DNA of 32,000 nt from Candidatus Methanoperedens sp. (GCA_041494705.1 JBGQBI010000006.1:60001-92000); one strand, 5' to 3'. Shown: positions 7,962 to 16,672, counted from the first letter of the stretch. The notes: a model not told the origin generated them from the letters alone. Made by a program: numbers and translations.

Positions 7962-9190
7962 TGAAAGCAGCAATCATTGGCGCGGGTCTTGGCGGCTTAC
8001 TTTCCGGGGCAAAGCTCTCAAAAGCGGGATACGAAGTTGAGATTTTCGAGCGGTTACCTTTCATCGGCGGGCGGTTTGCCAATCTTGAATACAAAGGTTT
8101 CAAGCTGAGCACGGGCGCGCTTCACATGATACCTCACGGCTCGCGGGGACCGCTGGCACAGATGCTTAACGAAACTGGCGCCTGTGTAAAAATAATTGAT
8201 TCAAGCCCGATGGCTGTAATCAGGAAGGAAAATGGTGAAACAATCTCTTTTCGCGATTTCAGAAAAGAACTTTCACTCACACAACGCGTGAAACTTGGCA
8301 CGATACTTGCATATTCCCTTAAATTCAAGCCGAAAAGCAATATCTCCTTCAGGGACTGGATATTGAAATACTTTGATGAGGAATTCCTGTTGAAGCTTGC
8401 AGACTCTTTCTGCGGCTGGGCATTGAGCCTCCGGGCAAAGGATGTCCCGGCAAGAGAAATGCTTGAAATCATAAATAACATGTACCTGTATAAGGGTTCT
8501 GGAGTGCCTGCTGGTGGATGCGGTGCTGTAACCGGTGCCCTTGCCGAAATCATAAAGTCAAACAACGGGAAAATACATACCGGCACATGTGTGGATAAAA
8601 TAATCGTTGATAAGGAAAAAGCATGCGGCATAAGAGCAGGCGAAAAAACGATCGATGCAGACATTATTATCAGCGATATCGGGCATCCTGAAACAAGCAG
8701 GATGTATGATTGCAGGGATGAAGTGTATTTGGAGAGGATAAATAAAGCCAGGCCGTCAAAGGGAATCAAGATATGCCTTTCTTCGGATGAACCTCTTATA
8801 GGTCACAGCGGTGTCTTTTTCACGCCTTATACGGAGAGGATAAATGGCATAAACGAAGTGACCAATGCTGACCCGACCCTCGCGCCCCTGGGAAAGCATC
8901 TTATAATGTCGCACCAGGCTGTGATATCCGATGACCTGAACCAGGAAATCAATCTTGGGCTTCTTGACCTGAAAAGACTGTTCCCGGACAAAAAGTACGA
9001 GGTTCTTTTGGTACAGTCCTATTCTAATGGCTGGCCAGTGAATCGGGCATCCTCGGGAAGCGATATCGGAAGCCGGACGCCGGTTCAAAACCTGTATGTT
9101 GTGGGAGACGGAGCAAAGGGAAAGGGAGGGATTGAGGTTGAGGGTGTGGCGCTGGGGGTCAGGAATGTGATGAAGGAAATTGGGGTTTAA
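7961..9190 (+). CDS. FAD-dependent oxidoreductase (phytoene desaturase/amine oxidase-like superfamily)
   Basis: The start is revised to MKAAIIGAGLGGLLSGAKLSKAGYEVEIFERLPFIGGRF, the classic dinucleotide-binding GxGxxG...E...GGR. The track start at 7910 lies inside the ferredoxin ORF. C-terminal LYVVGDGAKGKGG. Confidence 0.75.
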   Translation: MKAAIIGAGLGGLLSGAKLSKAGYEVEIFERLPFIGGRFANLEYKGFKLSTGALHMIPHGSRGPLAQMLNETGACVKIIDSSPMAVIRKENGETISFRDFRKELSLTQRVKLGTILAYSLKFKPKSNISFRDWILKYFDEEFLLKLADSFCGWALSLRAKDVPAREMLEIINNMYLYKGSGVPAGGCGAVTGALAEIIKSNNGKIHTGTCVDKIIVDKEKACGIRAGEKTIDADIIISDIGHPETSRMYDCRDEVYLERINKARPSKGIKICLSSDEPLIGHSGVFFTPYTERINGINEVTNADPTLAPLGKHLIMSHQAVISDDLNQEINLGLLDLKRLFPDKKYEVLLVQSYSNGWPVNRASSGSDIGSRTPVQNLYVVGDGAKGKGGIEVEGVALGVRNVMKEIGV

Positions 9191-9798
9191 TGCTCTAAAA
9201 ATCTCTCACAGACCGCAAGGTCAGCCAGTGTATTAACGTTCAGCGCAAGCTCTTCATCATCCAGTATAAGATTATAATCCTCCTGCTCTTCATGTATCCT
9301 GCCAGCATCAAGGATATTTATCCCACATGGGACTATAAAGATTGAATTCTTATGAAAAACAGTATCGGGGCGAAGACCAAGCCTTGTGAAAACATCGAGG
9401 TTCATATGAACAGACAGCGCAGGCGTGCCGGCCTCGTTGTATTTTTCTATTATCCTGTCTATCAGTCCTGACGTAATAAGGGGGAGGTCTGCCATCATTA
9501 TAAAAACAGGTCCTTTGATTCTTGCTTTTTCAACTGCCATGACCATATCATGGACAAAACCTTCGCCTCCGGTCTCTATTATCCCCACTTTTTCATGTTC
9601 TTTCTTAAAATCACAAATCCAGCCAGTAGTTCTTTTCACCCTCGGCGAAGTCGCAACGAAAATGCGATCGATATTATGCGAGCCAAGGAGAGCATCCAGC
9701 ACATAATGGATAAGGGGTTTGCCAAGAAGAGACGTAAGAGGTTTTTCATCCTTCCCGAGCCGCTTTCCCATCCCGCCGGCCATCACAATAGCATCCAA
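9187..9798 (-). CDS. cobY: adenosylcobinamide-phosphate guanylyltransferase, archaeal type
   Basis: MDAIVMAGGMGKRLG..EKPL...FVATSP closely resembles archaeal CobY nucleotidyltransferases. It overlaps cobS by 16 nt and is last in the cobamide operon. Confidence 0.75.
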   Translation of the reverse strand: MDAIVMAGGMGKRLGKDEKPLTSLLGKPLIHYVLDALLGSHNIDRIFVATSPRVKRTTGWICDFKKEHEKVGIIETGGEGFVHDMVMAVEKARIKGPVFIMMADLPLITSGLIDRIIEKYNEAGTPALSVHMNLDVFTRLGLRPDTVFHKNSIFIVPCGINILDAGRIHEEQEDYNLILDDEELALNVNTLADLAVCERFLEH

Positions 9799-10550
9799 GC
9801 GAATCCTCCCATGAAAAGCAAAGCGGCAAGACGCCCTATCTCATTCGATGCGCCCACGACATCCCCGCTAACGCCCCCGAAATGGCGGTTTGCGGTATTG
9901 AGGACAAGCAGCCCTGCTAATTGGGATATTATTACCGCTTCAATACCAAAGACACCCATAAGAACATAACCAACCGCGCCTGAAAAAACCATTCCAATAA
10001 TAAAATCGGATTTTTTTGTATTATCCACTGTCATTGCACCGAAACCCTCATGCAGCCGCCTGCCAAAAGCTGCGACTGTGACCATGGACTGCTTTGCAGC
10101 AGTTTCTGCAACAATTAATGCAAACGGGAGAAACAGGGGCCGGGAATTTATTTCCGCAATGAAAAAAAGCACGGAGAAGATTCCAAGAATTGCCAGAATG
10201 CAAAACATCAAGCCCCCTGTGCCGATTGCGGTGTCGCGCATGGCAGCTATTTTTTTCTCTTTTGTGCCATGCGCAGCTATGCCGTCACCAAAATCAGCAA
10301 GCCCGTCGATGTGGTTGAATCCTGTAAAGTAGTAAATAGAGATAATAATTACAAATGAGGCAAGAACCGGCGGGAAAATCGCAGCTGATACAAGACCTAT
10401 CACAGCAAAGATAATACCCAGGACTGCGCCGACAAAAGGGAAAAGATAGATATGTTTCATCAGTTTCTCGATGCCTTCCATGGTGATACCTACCGGTATG
10501 GTGGTTAAAAAACCAAAACCATTACGGAGAGCAGATAAGAAATCCCTCAT
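9783..10550 (-). CDS. cobS: adenosylcobinamide-GDP ribazoletransferase (cobalamin synthase)
   Basis: Polytopic membrane protein with the N-terminal FLTTIPV motif and a DGLADFGDG segment typical of CobS. ATGA overlap with the upstream gene. Confidence 0.85.
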   Translation of the reverse strand: MRDFLSALRNGFGFLTTIPVGITMEGIEKLMKHIYLFPFVGAVLGIIFAVIGLVSAAIFPPVLASFVIIISIYYFTGFNHIDGLADFGDGIAAHGTKEKKIAAMRDTAIGTGGLMFCILAILGIFSVLFFIAEINSRPLFLPFALIVAETAAKQSMVTVAAFGRRLHEGFGAMTVDNTKKSDFIIGMVFSGAVGYVLMGVFGIEAVIISQLAGLLVLNTANRHFGGVSGDVVGASNEIGRLAALLFMGGFAWMLL

Positions 10551-11161
10551 CCCGCAAATCCGCCCTGTAATATTTCAGGTTTTTTCTTTATTGCCTTTGT
10601 CTTTGTCGCTTTTGTTTTCCTGCCATTACCTTTTCCTCGTGAATACATATTGGCTGATGCGCCGCCGATGAGTCCTGCAATCACATCGTCCATGAAAGGA
10701 CCGAGTTTGGAGAGGATTCCGGGTTTTAGTTTATCAAACCTCACATATTCGAATATTCCCTTGTCTCCGCTGATGTATTTCGCTATGCTCATCCCGATTA
10801 CCTCATCAACGATGAGGAAAGTCAGGTCTTTTTTAAAGGTTTCTTTGCTCATGCCCGGAAGTTCGCCATTCTCACCGGCTTTTTCAAGAAGCATACCTGC
10901 GTATAACAACATGCACAGGTTGGGATCGGAAAGCGCATGCTTTAATTCCCTCTTGAACACCCGCTCTGCTATTTCCCTGTTCTCAACGCCGGGATGGGGA
11001 ACGTATAGTTTCATGGCTGCTGATACAAGTACCTCTTCAGAAAGTCCTGCCTCTTCAAGGATTTTCATTATGCTTCTTCTGCCTGTGTCATTAACTTCTT
11101 TTGGCTGGTTCTTTTTCTTTTTTTCCCGTTTTATAGTTGATAATTTCATAATACTCTCCAT
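10547..11161 (-). CDS. cobZ: PgpA-like phosphatase, probable alpha-ribazole-5-phosphate phosphatase
   Basis: FMDDVIAGLIGGA resembles the PgpA-family DDxxAG motif. Its position between cbiB and cobS matches the Methanosarcina CobZ context. It has a Lys-rich C-terminal tail. Confidence 0.55.
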   Translation of the reverse strand: MESIMKLSTIKREKKKKNQPKEVNDTGRRSIMKILEEAGLSEEVLVSAAMKLYVPHPGVENREIAERVFKRELKHALSDPNLCMLLYAGMLLEKAGENGELPGMSKETFKKDLTFLIVDEVIGMSIAKYISGDKGIFEYVRFDKLKPGILSKLGPFMDDVIAGLIGGASANMYSRGKGNGRKTKATKTKAIKKKPEILQGGFAG

Positions 11162-11169
11162 TAATGATT

Positions 11170-12093
11170 CTAAAATCGGATTAAGGGTACCTTCCCTATA
11201 AAATAGATTCCTGTAATTACTAAAAGTGATGAGACACTTATGATTTTAACCGTTCTTTTAATCTGAAACGGCTGCGGTTCACTAAATTGCCCCCCCAGCA
11301 CATGAAAACCAACTTTTTCAAGCCTCACATTCAGGGCGCCTGAAACCGCAGCCATCGACCAGCCTGAATTTGGCGATGCTGTCCTGCTATGGTCTTTAAT
11401 GCACGTCCTGATGGCGTCGGCGGGTTTTCCAAAAAAAACCGAGGCAATAAAAATAAACGCAATAGACAACCGCGCTGGCACCCAGTTTACAATATCATCG
11501 AGCCGCGCCGACGCATAACCAAGGTCGATGAAAGGCTCTTTCCTGTATCCGACCATGGAATCAAGCGTATTTATCATGCGGTAAGCCAGGGCGCCGGGCA
11601 GGCCGAAAACCAGAAAATAGAAAAGCGGTGACAGGATACCGTCAACAAAGCTTTCTGCCAGCGATTCTATTACTGCTGAAGCAGACTGTGATTCGTCAAG
11701 CCCGGACGTATCCCTCCCCACGAAAGTTTTTAAATCAGTTCTTGCCTTCCCGATGTTACCCGCTTCAAGGTCTTTTTTTATCCCGAGAGCCGAGACCAGT
11801 AACATGCGAATCGAAAAGCTGGATTTTAAGAAATATGCAGCGATGATTAAACCCAAAAGACCAGTGCCAAATGCGCTTATCAAAAAACCGGTAAGAACCG
11901 CAATCCCGGCGCAGGAAATCACCATGAACAATCCATAAATCTTCCTGTGGTGGAGAGGGGCGCCTCGTGTAAGCACATTTATCATTTTTCCCATCCACAC
12001 CACGGGATGAATAAATGCGGGCGGTTCCCCGAATAAAATATCGAACAATACGGCAAGGAGCAAAACCCGAAGCCAGAAATCAATAATTATCAT
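11170..12093 (-). CDS. cbiB: adenosylcobinamide-phosphate synthase
   Basis: FGEPPAFIHPVVWMGKMI signature, membrane protein. I prefer ATG 12093 (MIIIDFWLRVLLL...) over the track start at 12162, which reads through three GC-rich hairpins. Confidence 0.85.
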   Translation of the reverse strand: MIIIDFWLRVLLLAVLFDILFGEPPAFIHPVVWMGKMINVLTRGAPLHHRKIYGLFMVISCAGIAVLTGFLISAFGTGLLGLIIAAYFLKSSFSIRMLLVSALGIKKDLEAGNIGKARTDLKTFVGRDTSGLDESQSASAVIESLAESFVDGILSPLFYFLVFGLPGALAYRMINTLDSMVGYRKEPFIDLGYASARLDDIVNWVPARLSIAFIFIASVFFGKPADAIRTCIKDHSRTASPNSGWSMAAVSGALNVRLEKVGFHVLGGQFSEPQPFQIKRTVKIISVSSLLVITGIYFIGKVPLIRF

Positions 12094-12170
12094 AAAGGGG
12101 CGCACCCCTTTATGACGTCCCGAGTCACGCCTCGGGAGGGCGTGTTGGGGTATGCTTTGCATACCCCCTC
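12094..12170 (-). promoter_or_regulatory. three consecutive stem-loops in the cobD-cbiB intergenic spacer
   Basis: Stems: AAAGGGG/CCCCTTT (12094-12111, abutting the cbiB ATG), TCCCGAG/CTCGGGA (12118-12137), and GGGGTATGC/GCATACCCC (12147-12167, 9 bp with a 3-nt loop). Confidence 0.4.
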
Positions 12171-12196
12171 GTTTGATAAAACTTTCCTAAAGTTTT

Positions 12197-13606
12197 TCAC
12201 AATTCAGGCTCCATTACAAGTTTCCAGATATCTTTGAGCTTCTTTCCTTCCATCAAAGCCCCAAGCACCTTTTCCGCTATGTCACCTCTGTGGATAAGGT
12301 TGCAGCCGGCGCAGCTCCATACCGTTCCCCCGGTTGATTTTCGGATAAGTTCTCCGCCCGTCCTTACATCTCCGCAGGGATAAAATGGACAGAAACAAAA
12401 AGTGCAGTCCTGTCCTTCAAAGTGGCAGGGATAATATTCGCAGTCAATCCTGCTCCTTGCAGTAACTCCTTTTTCCAGGGCCTTCCCTATCTCTTTTTTT
12501 GCAAGTTCATTTCCCCATTCTGCGATGACCCTTGAAAAAGCTTCAATCAACTTTCTATTTTCGCTTCTTTTCCGAACTGCAATCCTGATATGATTTTCAA
12601 GACCGAAAGAAGCGCAATCCCGGATAATAATACCGCGCTTTAGCATTCTTGCAGTCAGTTCTCTGGAATTGATACCGAAATCCCCTGCATCGATGAGAAT
12701 GAAATTCGTATCGCTTGGGATTGGTTTAAAACCGCGTATCCCGCCCAGGCGGGACGTCAGCCATTTCCGCTCTTTCCTGATTAATCCAAGTGATTTTTCT
12801 ATATAGTCCTGATTTTTTCTAAGAAGCCGTTCACCAACCAGAGATGCGGCAGAGTTCATATTCCAGTGAAGGCGGGCATTATTCAGGAGTCCTGCAAAAC
12901 CGGACGAAGCTACAGCAAAACCAATCCTCAATCCGGCCACGGCATACGTTTTGGTAAGAGAACGCAGTACAAAGATAAAATCGCAAGATGCTGCCATGTC
13001 AGCAATACTCTCACGCGGCTCTGAAAGCTCAATAAATGCTTCATCCACGAATAAAAAAGTTTCAGACAAAGCGCATGTTTTTGCCATCTCGATAACATCC
13101 CTTCGCCTCAGAAGGTTGCCTGTGGGATTATTCGGATTGCAGAGAAAAACAGCTTTGTAACCCCCGGGATTCACTTTTGTTATCTTGCGGTAATCAATGT
13201 ATTCTATTTCTGCCCCGAATAATCTGCACTGGAATTCGTATTCCCCGAAAGTCGGGGATGGTATTATGACTTTATCGCCTGGCTCAATAACGGTTTCTGC
13301 GAAAAGCCTGATCAATTCTGATGAGCCGTTTCCTGGAATGATATTTTCAGGCAGGACATTGAGACTATCTGCTGCCGCCTTTTTAAATGCCGGATATCCG
13401 TTGTCGGGATAATTGCTAATGTGTTGAAAAACGCCGCTCAATAATTTCTTTGATTTTGGCGGACCTAGGGGGTTCAGGTTGACGCTGAAATCCAGCAGGT
13501 CGTCTGCGTTCTTTCCCGACACAAGCGCATTTTCTGATAATCTCGCGCCATGAACGCAGGGCACCAATCCAACAGCGGTTTTTTTAACTCTATTAATAAG
13601 AGGCAC
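12197..13606 (-). CDS. cobD: L-threonine-O-3-phosphate decarboxylase (class I/II aminotransferase fold) with C-terminal Cys-rich metal-binding domain
   Basis: Aminotransferase fold (NPNNPTG, SLTKTY with the PLP lysine). An extra 86 aa at the C-terminus reads CEYYPCHFEGQDCTFCFCPFYPC...CAGC. GTG start at 13606. First gene of the cobamide operon. Confidence 0.8.
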   Translation of the reverse strand: MPLINRVKKTAVGLVPCVHGARLSENALVSGKNADDLLDFSVNLNPLGPPKSKKLLSGVFQHISNYPDNGYPAFKKAAADSLNVLPENIIPGNGSSELIRLFAETVIEPGDKVIIPSPTFGEYEFQCRLFGAEIEYIDYRKITKVNPGGYKAVFLCNPNNPTGNLLRRRDVIEMAKTCALSETFLFVDEAFIELSEPRESIADMAASCDFIFVLRSLTKTYAVAGLRIGFAVASSGFAGLLNNARLHWNMNSAASLVGERLLRKNQDYIEKSLGLIRKERKWLTSRLGGIRGFKPIPSDTNFILIDAGDFGINSRELTARMLKRGIIIRDCASFGLENHIRIAVRKRSENRKLIEAFSRVIAEWGNELAKKEIGKALEKGVTARSRIDCEYYPCHFEGQDCTFCFCPFYPCGDVRTGGELIRKSTGGTVWSCAGCNLIHRGDIAEKVLGALMEGKKLKDIWKLVMEPEL

Positions 13607-13867
13607 AAACCCTGTTTTGTCTGGGAAGAATATTAAAGTGCCGTAAAGAAAAGAGAAGGGTATAAATTAAAAACTTCCCCTATAAATGCCACAGGCATAT
13701 GATTTTAGTTATCATGGGAACATCTGGTAATTCCAAGCATCATGTTTTTAACTCAAACAACTCAAATAATAAGTCTATAGATTTGGTTTTTTCGGATTTT
13801 GAAATACCAATATCGGTAGGCTTATTATTATAAAACGGTATGCTTAGCCACAAATTTCACAAATAGC

Positions 13868-13875
13868 TTTAAATA
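13868..13875 (+). promoter_or_regulatory. TATA-box-like element upstream of the MC1 gene
   Basis: TTTAAATA lies about 47 nt upstream of ATG 13922, consistent with an archaeal promoter and a short leader. Confidence 0.35.
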
Positions 13876-13921
13876 GTATAAGGTGCCATTCTATGGTAAG
13901 ACAACAAATCGTTGTCGGGGC

Positions 13922-14221
13922 ATGAAAAATATGGTAGATATAAGAAATTTTGTATTAAGGGAAAAGAATGGAAACGAGACTGGAGTATTCACAGGTCATC
14001 AGCCGCGCCAGGCAGCATTGAAAGCAGCCAACCGCAGCAAAGGAACAAAATCAAAGCCTGTTGAACTAAGGCTTAGAGAGAGAGGAACTAAGAAGATTCA
14101 TGTATACAAGGGATGGACAGAAACAGTTGCAGCCCCCAAGAACAAACCAAAATGGATGCCTGCAAAAATCAACAAGCCGAATGTAAAGAAAGTAGGCGTT
14201 GAGCTGCTGGGTAAAATTTAA
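13922..14221 (+). CDS. chromosomal (chromatin) protein MC1
   Basis: RNFVLREKNGNETGVFTGHQPRQAALKAANR...LRLRERGTKKIHVYKGW...APKNKPKWMP closely matches the Methanosarcina MC1 sequence as I remember it. The track start at 13883 is a GTG inside the promoter. The true start is ATG 13922 or 13931. Confidence 0.85.
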   Translation: MKNMVDIRNFVLREKNGNETGVFTGHQPRQAALKAANRSKGTKSKPVELRLRERGTKKIHVYKGWTETVAAPKNKPKWMPAKINKPNVKKVGVELLGKI

Positions 14222-14228
14222 ATTTTAC

Positions 14229-14246
14229 CTTTTTTCATTTTTTTGG
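14229..14246 (+). terminator. oligo-T archaeal terminator candidate after MC1
   Basis: CTTTTTTCATTTTTTTGG lies immediately 3' of the MC1 stop codon. Confidence 0.4.
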
Positions 14247-14359
14247 AAACTCATGAAGGTTTCTAAGTTATTTTTGGGTTATTTTTACTGGGCATGTGCA
14301 GTGGCTGCTGGTATATTCTTAACACTTGTCCTCATACCCGAGTTCATAAAAACATTAGT

Positions 14360-15187
14360 TTAACGGGACTGCATCCACCAGAACACTACAATAAAAGCCA
14401 GAATCACAACAACTAGTCCAAGCAAACCTGCTTCCGGGCCGAAAGACCCGCCGGTTATGAGCTGGTTATCCGAGGTTATTTTTAATATTCCGCCAAAATC
14501 CTGCCTCAATGAATATACATGGTACTGGAAAAAGTTCCATGTGAAATGAAACCCGATAGACATTGAAAGCCCGTCATAAAGGTAACAAAGAGCAAGGAGT
14601 ATTTCGGCTATTGCTATGGTCAAAAGCATGATTATAATATTTTCTTTGCTAAGATTCAGCGTCAGGATTGAGGGTACATGAAGGACTGAAAAGAACGCGG
14701 AGGATAAAAATACGGCCTTCCATGACCCATATCTTTTCGCCATGTCCGGGAGTATGTATCCCCTGAATGGCAATTCTTCACCGATAGCCACGATTCCCTG
14801 CAATATAATCCCGCCTATTAATGCATCCCGGTAACCCGGGGTTAACTCCTCGATATGGATAAAACCCGATGCAAGCTCTATCAAAAATATCATCGTCATC
14901 AGGAGAAACCCAAGATATGCGCCCTTAAAAAAACGGTGCCCCCAGATGAATGACTCTTTTTCCTGTTTTTTATAAATAATTGGAAGCAATATCATTACAA
15001 TATAAGCAATGAAAGGAAGAAATGCAATTAATGGCGGGGTTTTGGCTGAATCCGCCGTGCTTTTAGAAACAGAATTTTCCTGGGGAAGCCAGATGACGGA
15101 TATGCTTGAGACTACAATAACGAGGGTTATCACTAAATAAAAAATTAAAGTCCTTTTCGTTGCTGGATTGTGATTCATGCTTATCAA
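14360..15187 (-). CDS. CPBP-family intramembrane glutamic endopeptidase (CAAX protease-like)
   Basis: Motifs EELPFRGY (EExxxR), FSVLH (FxxxH) and HFTWN (HxxxN) in a polytopic protein. The track start is TTG 15187. ATG 15178 is an alternative. Confidence 0.8.
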   Translation of the reverse strand: MISMNHNPATKRTLIFYLVITLVIVVSSISVIWLPQENSVSKSTADSAKTPPLIAFLPFIAYIVMILLPIIYKKQEKESFIWGHRFFKGAYLGFLLMTMIFLIELASGFIHIEELTPGYRDALIGGIILQGIVAIGEELPFRGYILPDMAKRYGSWKAVFLSSAFFSVLHVPSILTLNLSKENIIIMLLTIAIAEILLALCYLYDGLSMSIGFHFTWNFFQYHVYSLRQDFGGILKITSDNQLITGGSFGPEAGLLGLVVVILAFIVVFWWMQSR

Positions 15188-15195
15188 TTATATTA

Positions 15196-15269
15196 CGGGC
15201 TCGCTGGGATTTGAACCCAGGTCATAGGCTCCGGAGGCCCATGTACTATCCGGACTATACTACGAGCCC
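15196..15269 (-). tRNA. tRNA-Arg (anticodon CCG)
   Basis: Hand-folded cloverleaf. Acceptor GGGCTCG/CGAGCCC with discriminator G. D stem GTAT/GTAC. Anticodon stem TGGGC/GCCTA with loop CTCCGGA. T arm CTGGG-TTCAAAT-CCCAG. 74 nt, no encoded CCA. Confidence 0.9.
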
Positions 15270-16615
15270 ATTAAATAATAAAGTATCCCGGCAATTATCG
15301 CCCCGGAAATAGTTGCGAAAAGATTGACCCCGTTGTTTGAAAGGTAACCTTTCTGCTGGAGCGTGGCGCCAAGTACACTATCGATATTAGTACCGATAAA
15401 TCCTCCTGCTATAACGGCAATCATGAGGATAATATCCTTTTGTATGAGGAGGAATGCAAGAATCGCAATAGCAAATGCCCCGAAAAATGCCGCCGCTTCT
15501 CCAAGATGCGAAATTGCGCCGTCTGTACCCGGCCTGGTTTTTTTGAACGTGGTAATCATGCGCGGCTCTCCTTTGTATGTTTCCCCGATTTCGCTTGCCA
15601 GCGTGTCGCCGCAGGCTGTGGCGACCGAACCGAGATACCCGGCCAATAAGATTTGTCCGTGCGCAGGAAAAATTCCATAAGCCACTGCAAGGGAAAGGGC
15701 AGCCAATGAATTACTGAAAACATTTTTATATCCGCGAACACCCCCTTTTCCCTCGGCTATCCCTCTAACCAATTTATAATCGTATTTGTAACGTGTAAAG
15801 AGACTTCCCAGTAAAAAAAAAGCGAGAAGAATAAATAACCACGTAATATTGCTGGATATGATAATAACAACCCCGAGCAGTGTTGCACTCAGCATGGCCG
15901 AGATATCGGCGATACGTGCCCTGTAGGCAAGATACCCGAGAACAAAAGAAAAAACAAGCACCTGCAAAAGATACACGGTGTCGACATTGTAACCAAACAT
16001 ATAGAAAAGCCACATTACCATCGCCGAGCCGAAAGGTATGACGATATTATCATCGGTCGTTATCATGGATTCAAGAAGCGCACCGGTAATAGCGCCGATA
16101 ACTGCAAGAAAAAAAATCATACCATAGGGGACTTTCAAAGTAAAGCCCGATATCCAGGCTCCTGCAACAAATGCATAAAGGCTTCCTGAAATTAAGAAAA
16201 TAATACTTGATTTTGCAGAATCGTACTTTTCATTTATGGCATGCCCCGTCTGTTTTGTTTTCTCAAGAATATTAACTGCATCTGCGACGCCATCACCGAA
16301 AGTGGTAATGGCAAAAGCCGCCCCGATAATAAATAAAGGGAATTTATTTTGTCCTATGGCCAGACTTATTATACAAAGGAAGGCTATGGTAAAAAAGAGT
16401 TGAATCAGGCTGATAAGTTTACCGGCTTTGATATCCGATTCACGGGCAAAAAAACGGAAAGCATACGAGCTCGGGGAAAGGACAGAAAAAAGCATGGCTA
16501 CACCAAGAAAAGCTGCTGCCAAATATGATGTCTTAAAGAAGGGAAATAGCAGCACGATCAGGCCGATAAGAATAAAAATGCCCTGTTTCTCACAGCACTG
16601 TATCAACTTCATCAT
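15260..16615 (-). CDS. polytopic membrane protein: N-terminal polyprenol/dolichol-kinase-like half fused to C-terminal DUF92 (TMEM19-like) domain
   Basis: The N-terminal half has FGDGVADAVN and LLESMITTDDNIVIP, resembling the SEC59/VTE5 CTP-dependent kinase family. The C-terminal half has GVRGYKNVFSN...CGDTLASEIG...TDGAISHLGE, typical of DUF92. The stop codon lies inside the tRNA-Arg 5' acceptor stem. Confidence 0.65.
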   Translation of the reverse strand: MMKLIQCCEKQGIFILIGLIVLLFPFFKTSYLAAAFLGVAMLFSVLSPSSYAFRFFARESDIKAGKLISLIQLFFTIAFLCIISLAIGQNKFPLFIIGAAFAITTFGDGVADAVNILEKTKQTGHAINEKYDSAKSSIIFLISGSLYAFVAGAWISGFTLKVPYGMIFFLAVIGAITGALLESMITTDDNIVIPFGSAMVMWLFYMFGYNVDTVYLLQVLVFSFVLGYLAYRARIADISAMLSATLLGVVIIISSNITWLFILLAFFLLGSLFTRYKYDYKLVRGIAEGKGGVRGYKNVFSNSLAALSLAVAYGIFPAHGQILLAGYLGSVATACGDTLASEIGETYKGEPRMITTFKKTRPGTDGAISHLGEAAAFFGAFAIAILAFLLIQKDIILMIAVIAGGFIGTNIDSVLGATLQQKGYLSNNGVNLFATISGAIIAGILYYLMGS

Positions 16616-16672
16616 TCACCGAGATGGATTTCATAGGCAAATACTTTATCCTTACATCCCAATAAAAGAACG

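Noticed and set aside
9187-9190. Convergent genes sharing a TTAA stop/stop overlap (FAD oxidoreductase with cobY; similarly at 14360-14363).
   Set aside because: This is a real but trivial consequence of the palindromic TTAA. No regulatory implication can be supported.
12094-12196. A cobalamin riboswitch in the cobD-cbiB spacer or upstream of cobD (13607-13700).
   Set aside because: I could not find a B12-box-like consensus or the multi-helix junction architecture, only three simple hairpins. Cobalamin riboswitches are also not established in archaea.
14253-14363. A 36-aa hydrophobic small ORF (MKVSKLFLGYFYWACAVAAGIFLTLVLIPEFIKTLV) between MC1 and the CPBP gene.
   Set aside because: It lies directly after the MC1 oligo-T terminator with no visible promoter. 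It overlaps the CPBP stop codon and is T-rich low-complexity sequence. It cannot be supported without conservation or expression data.
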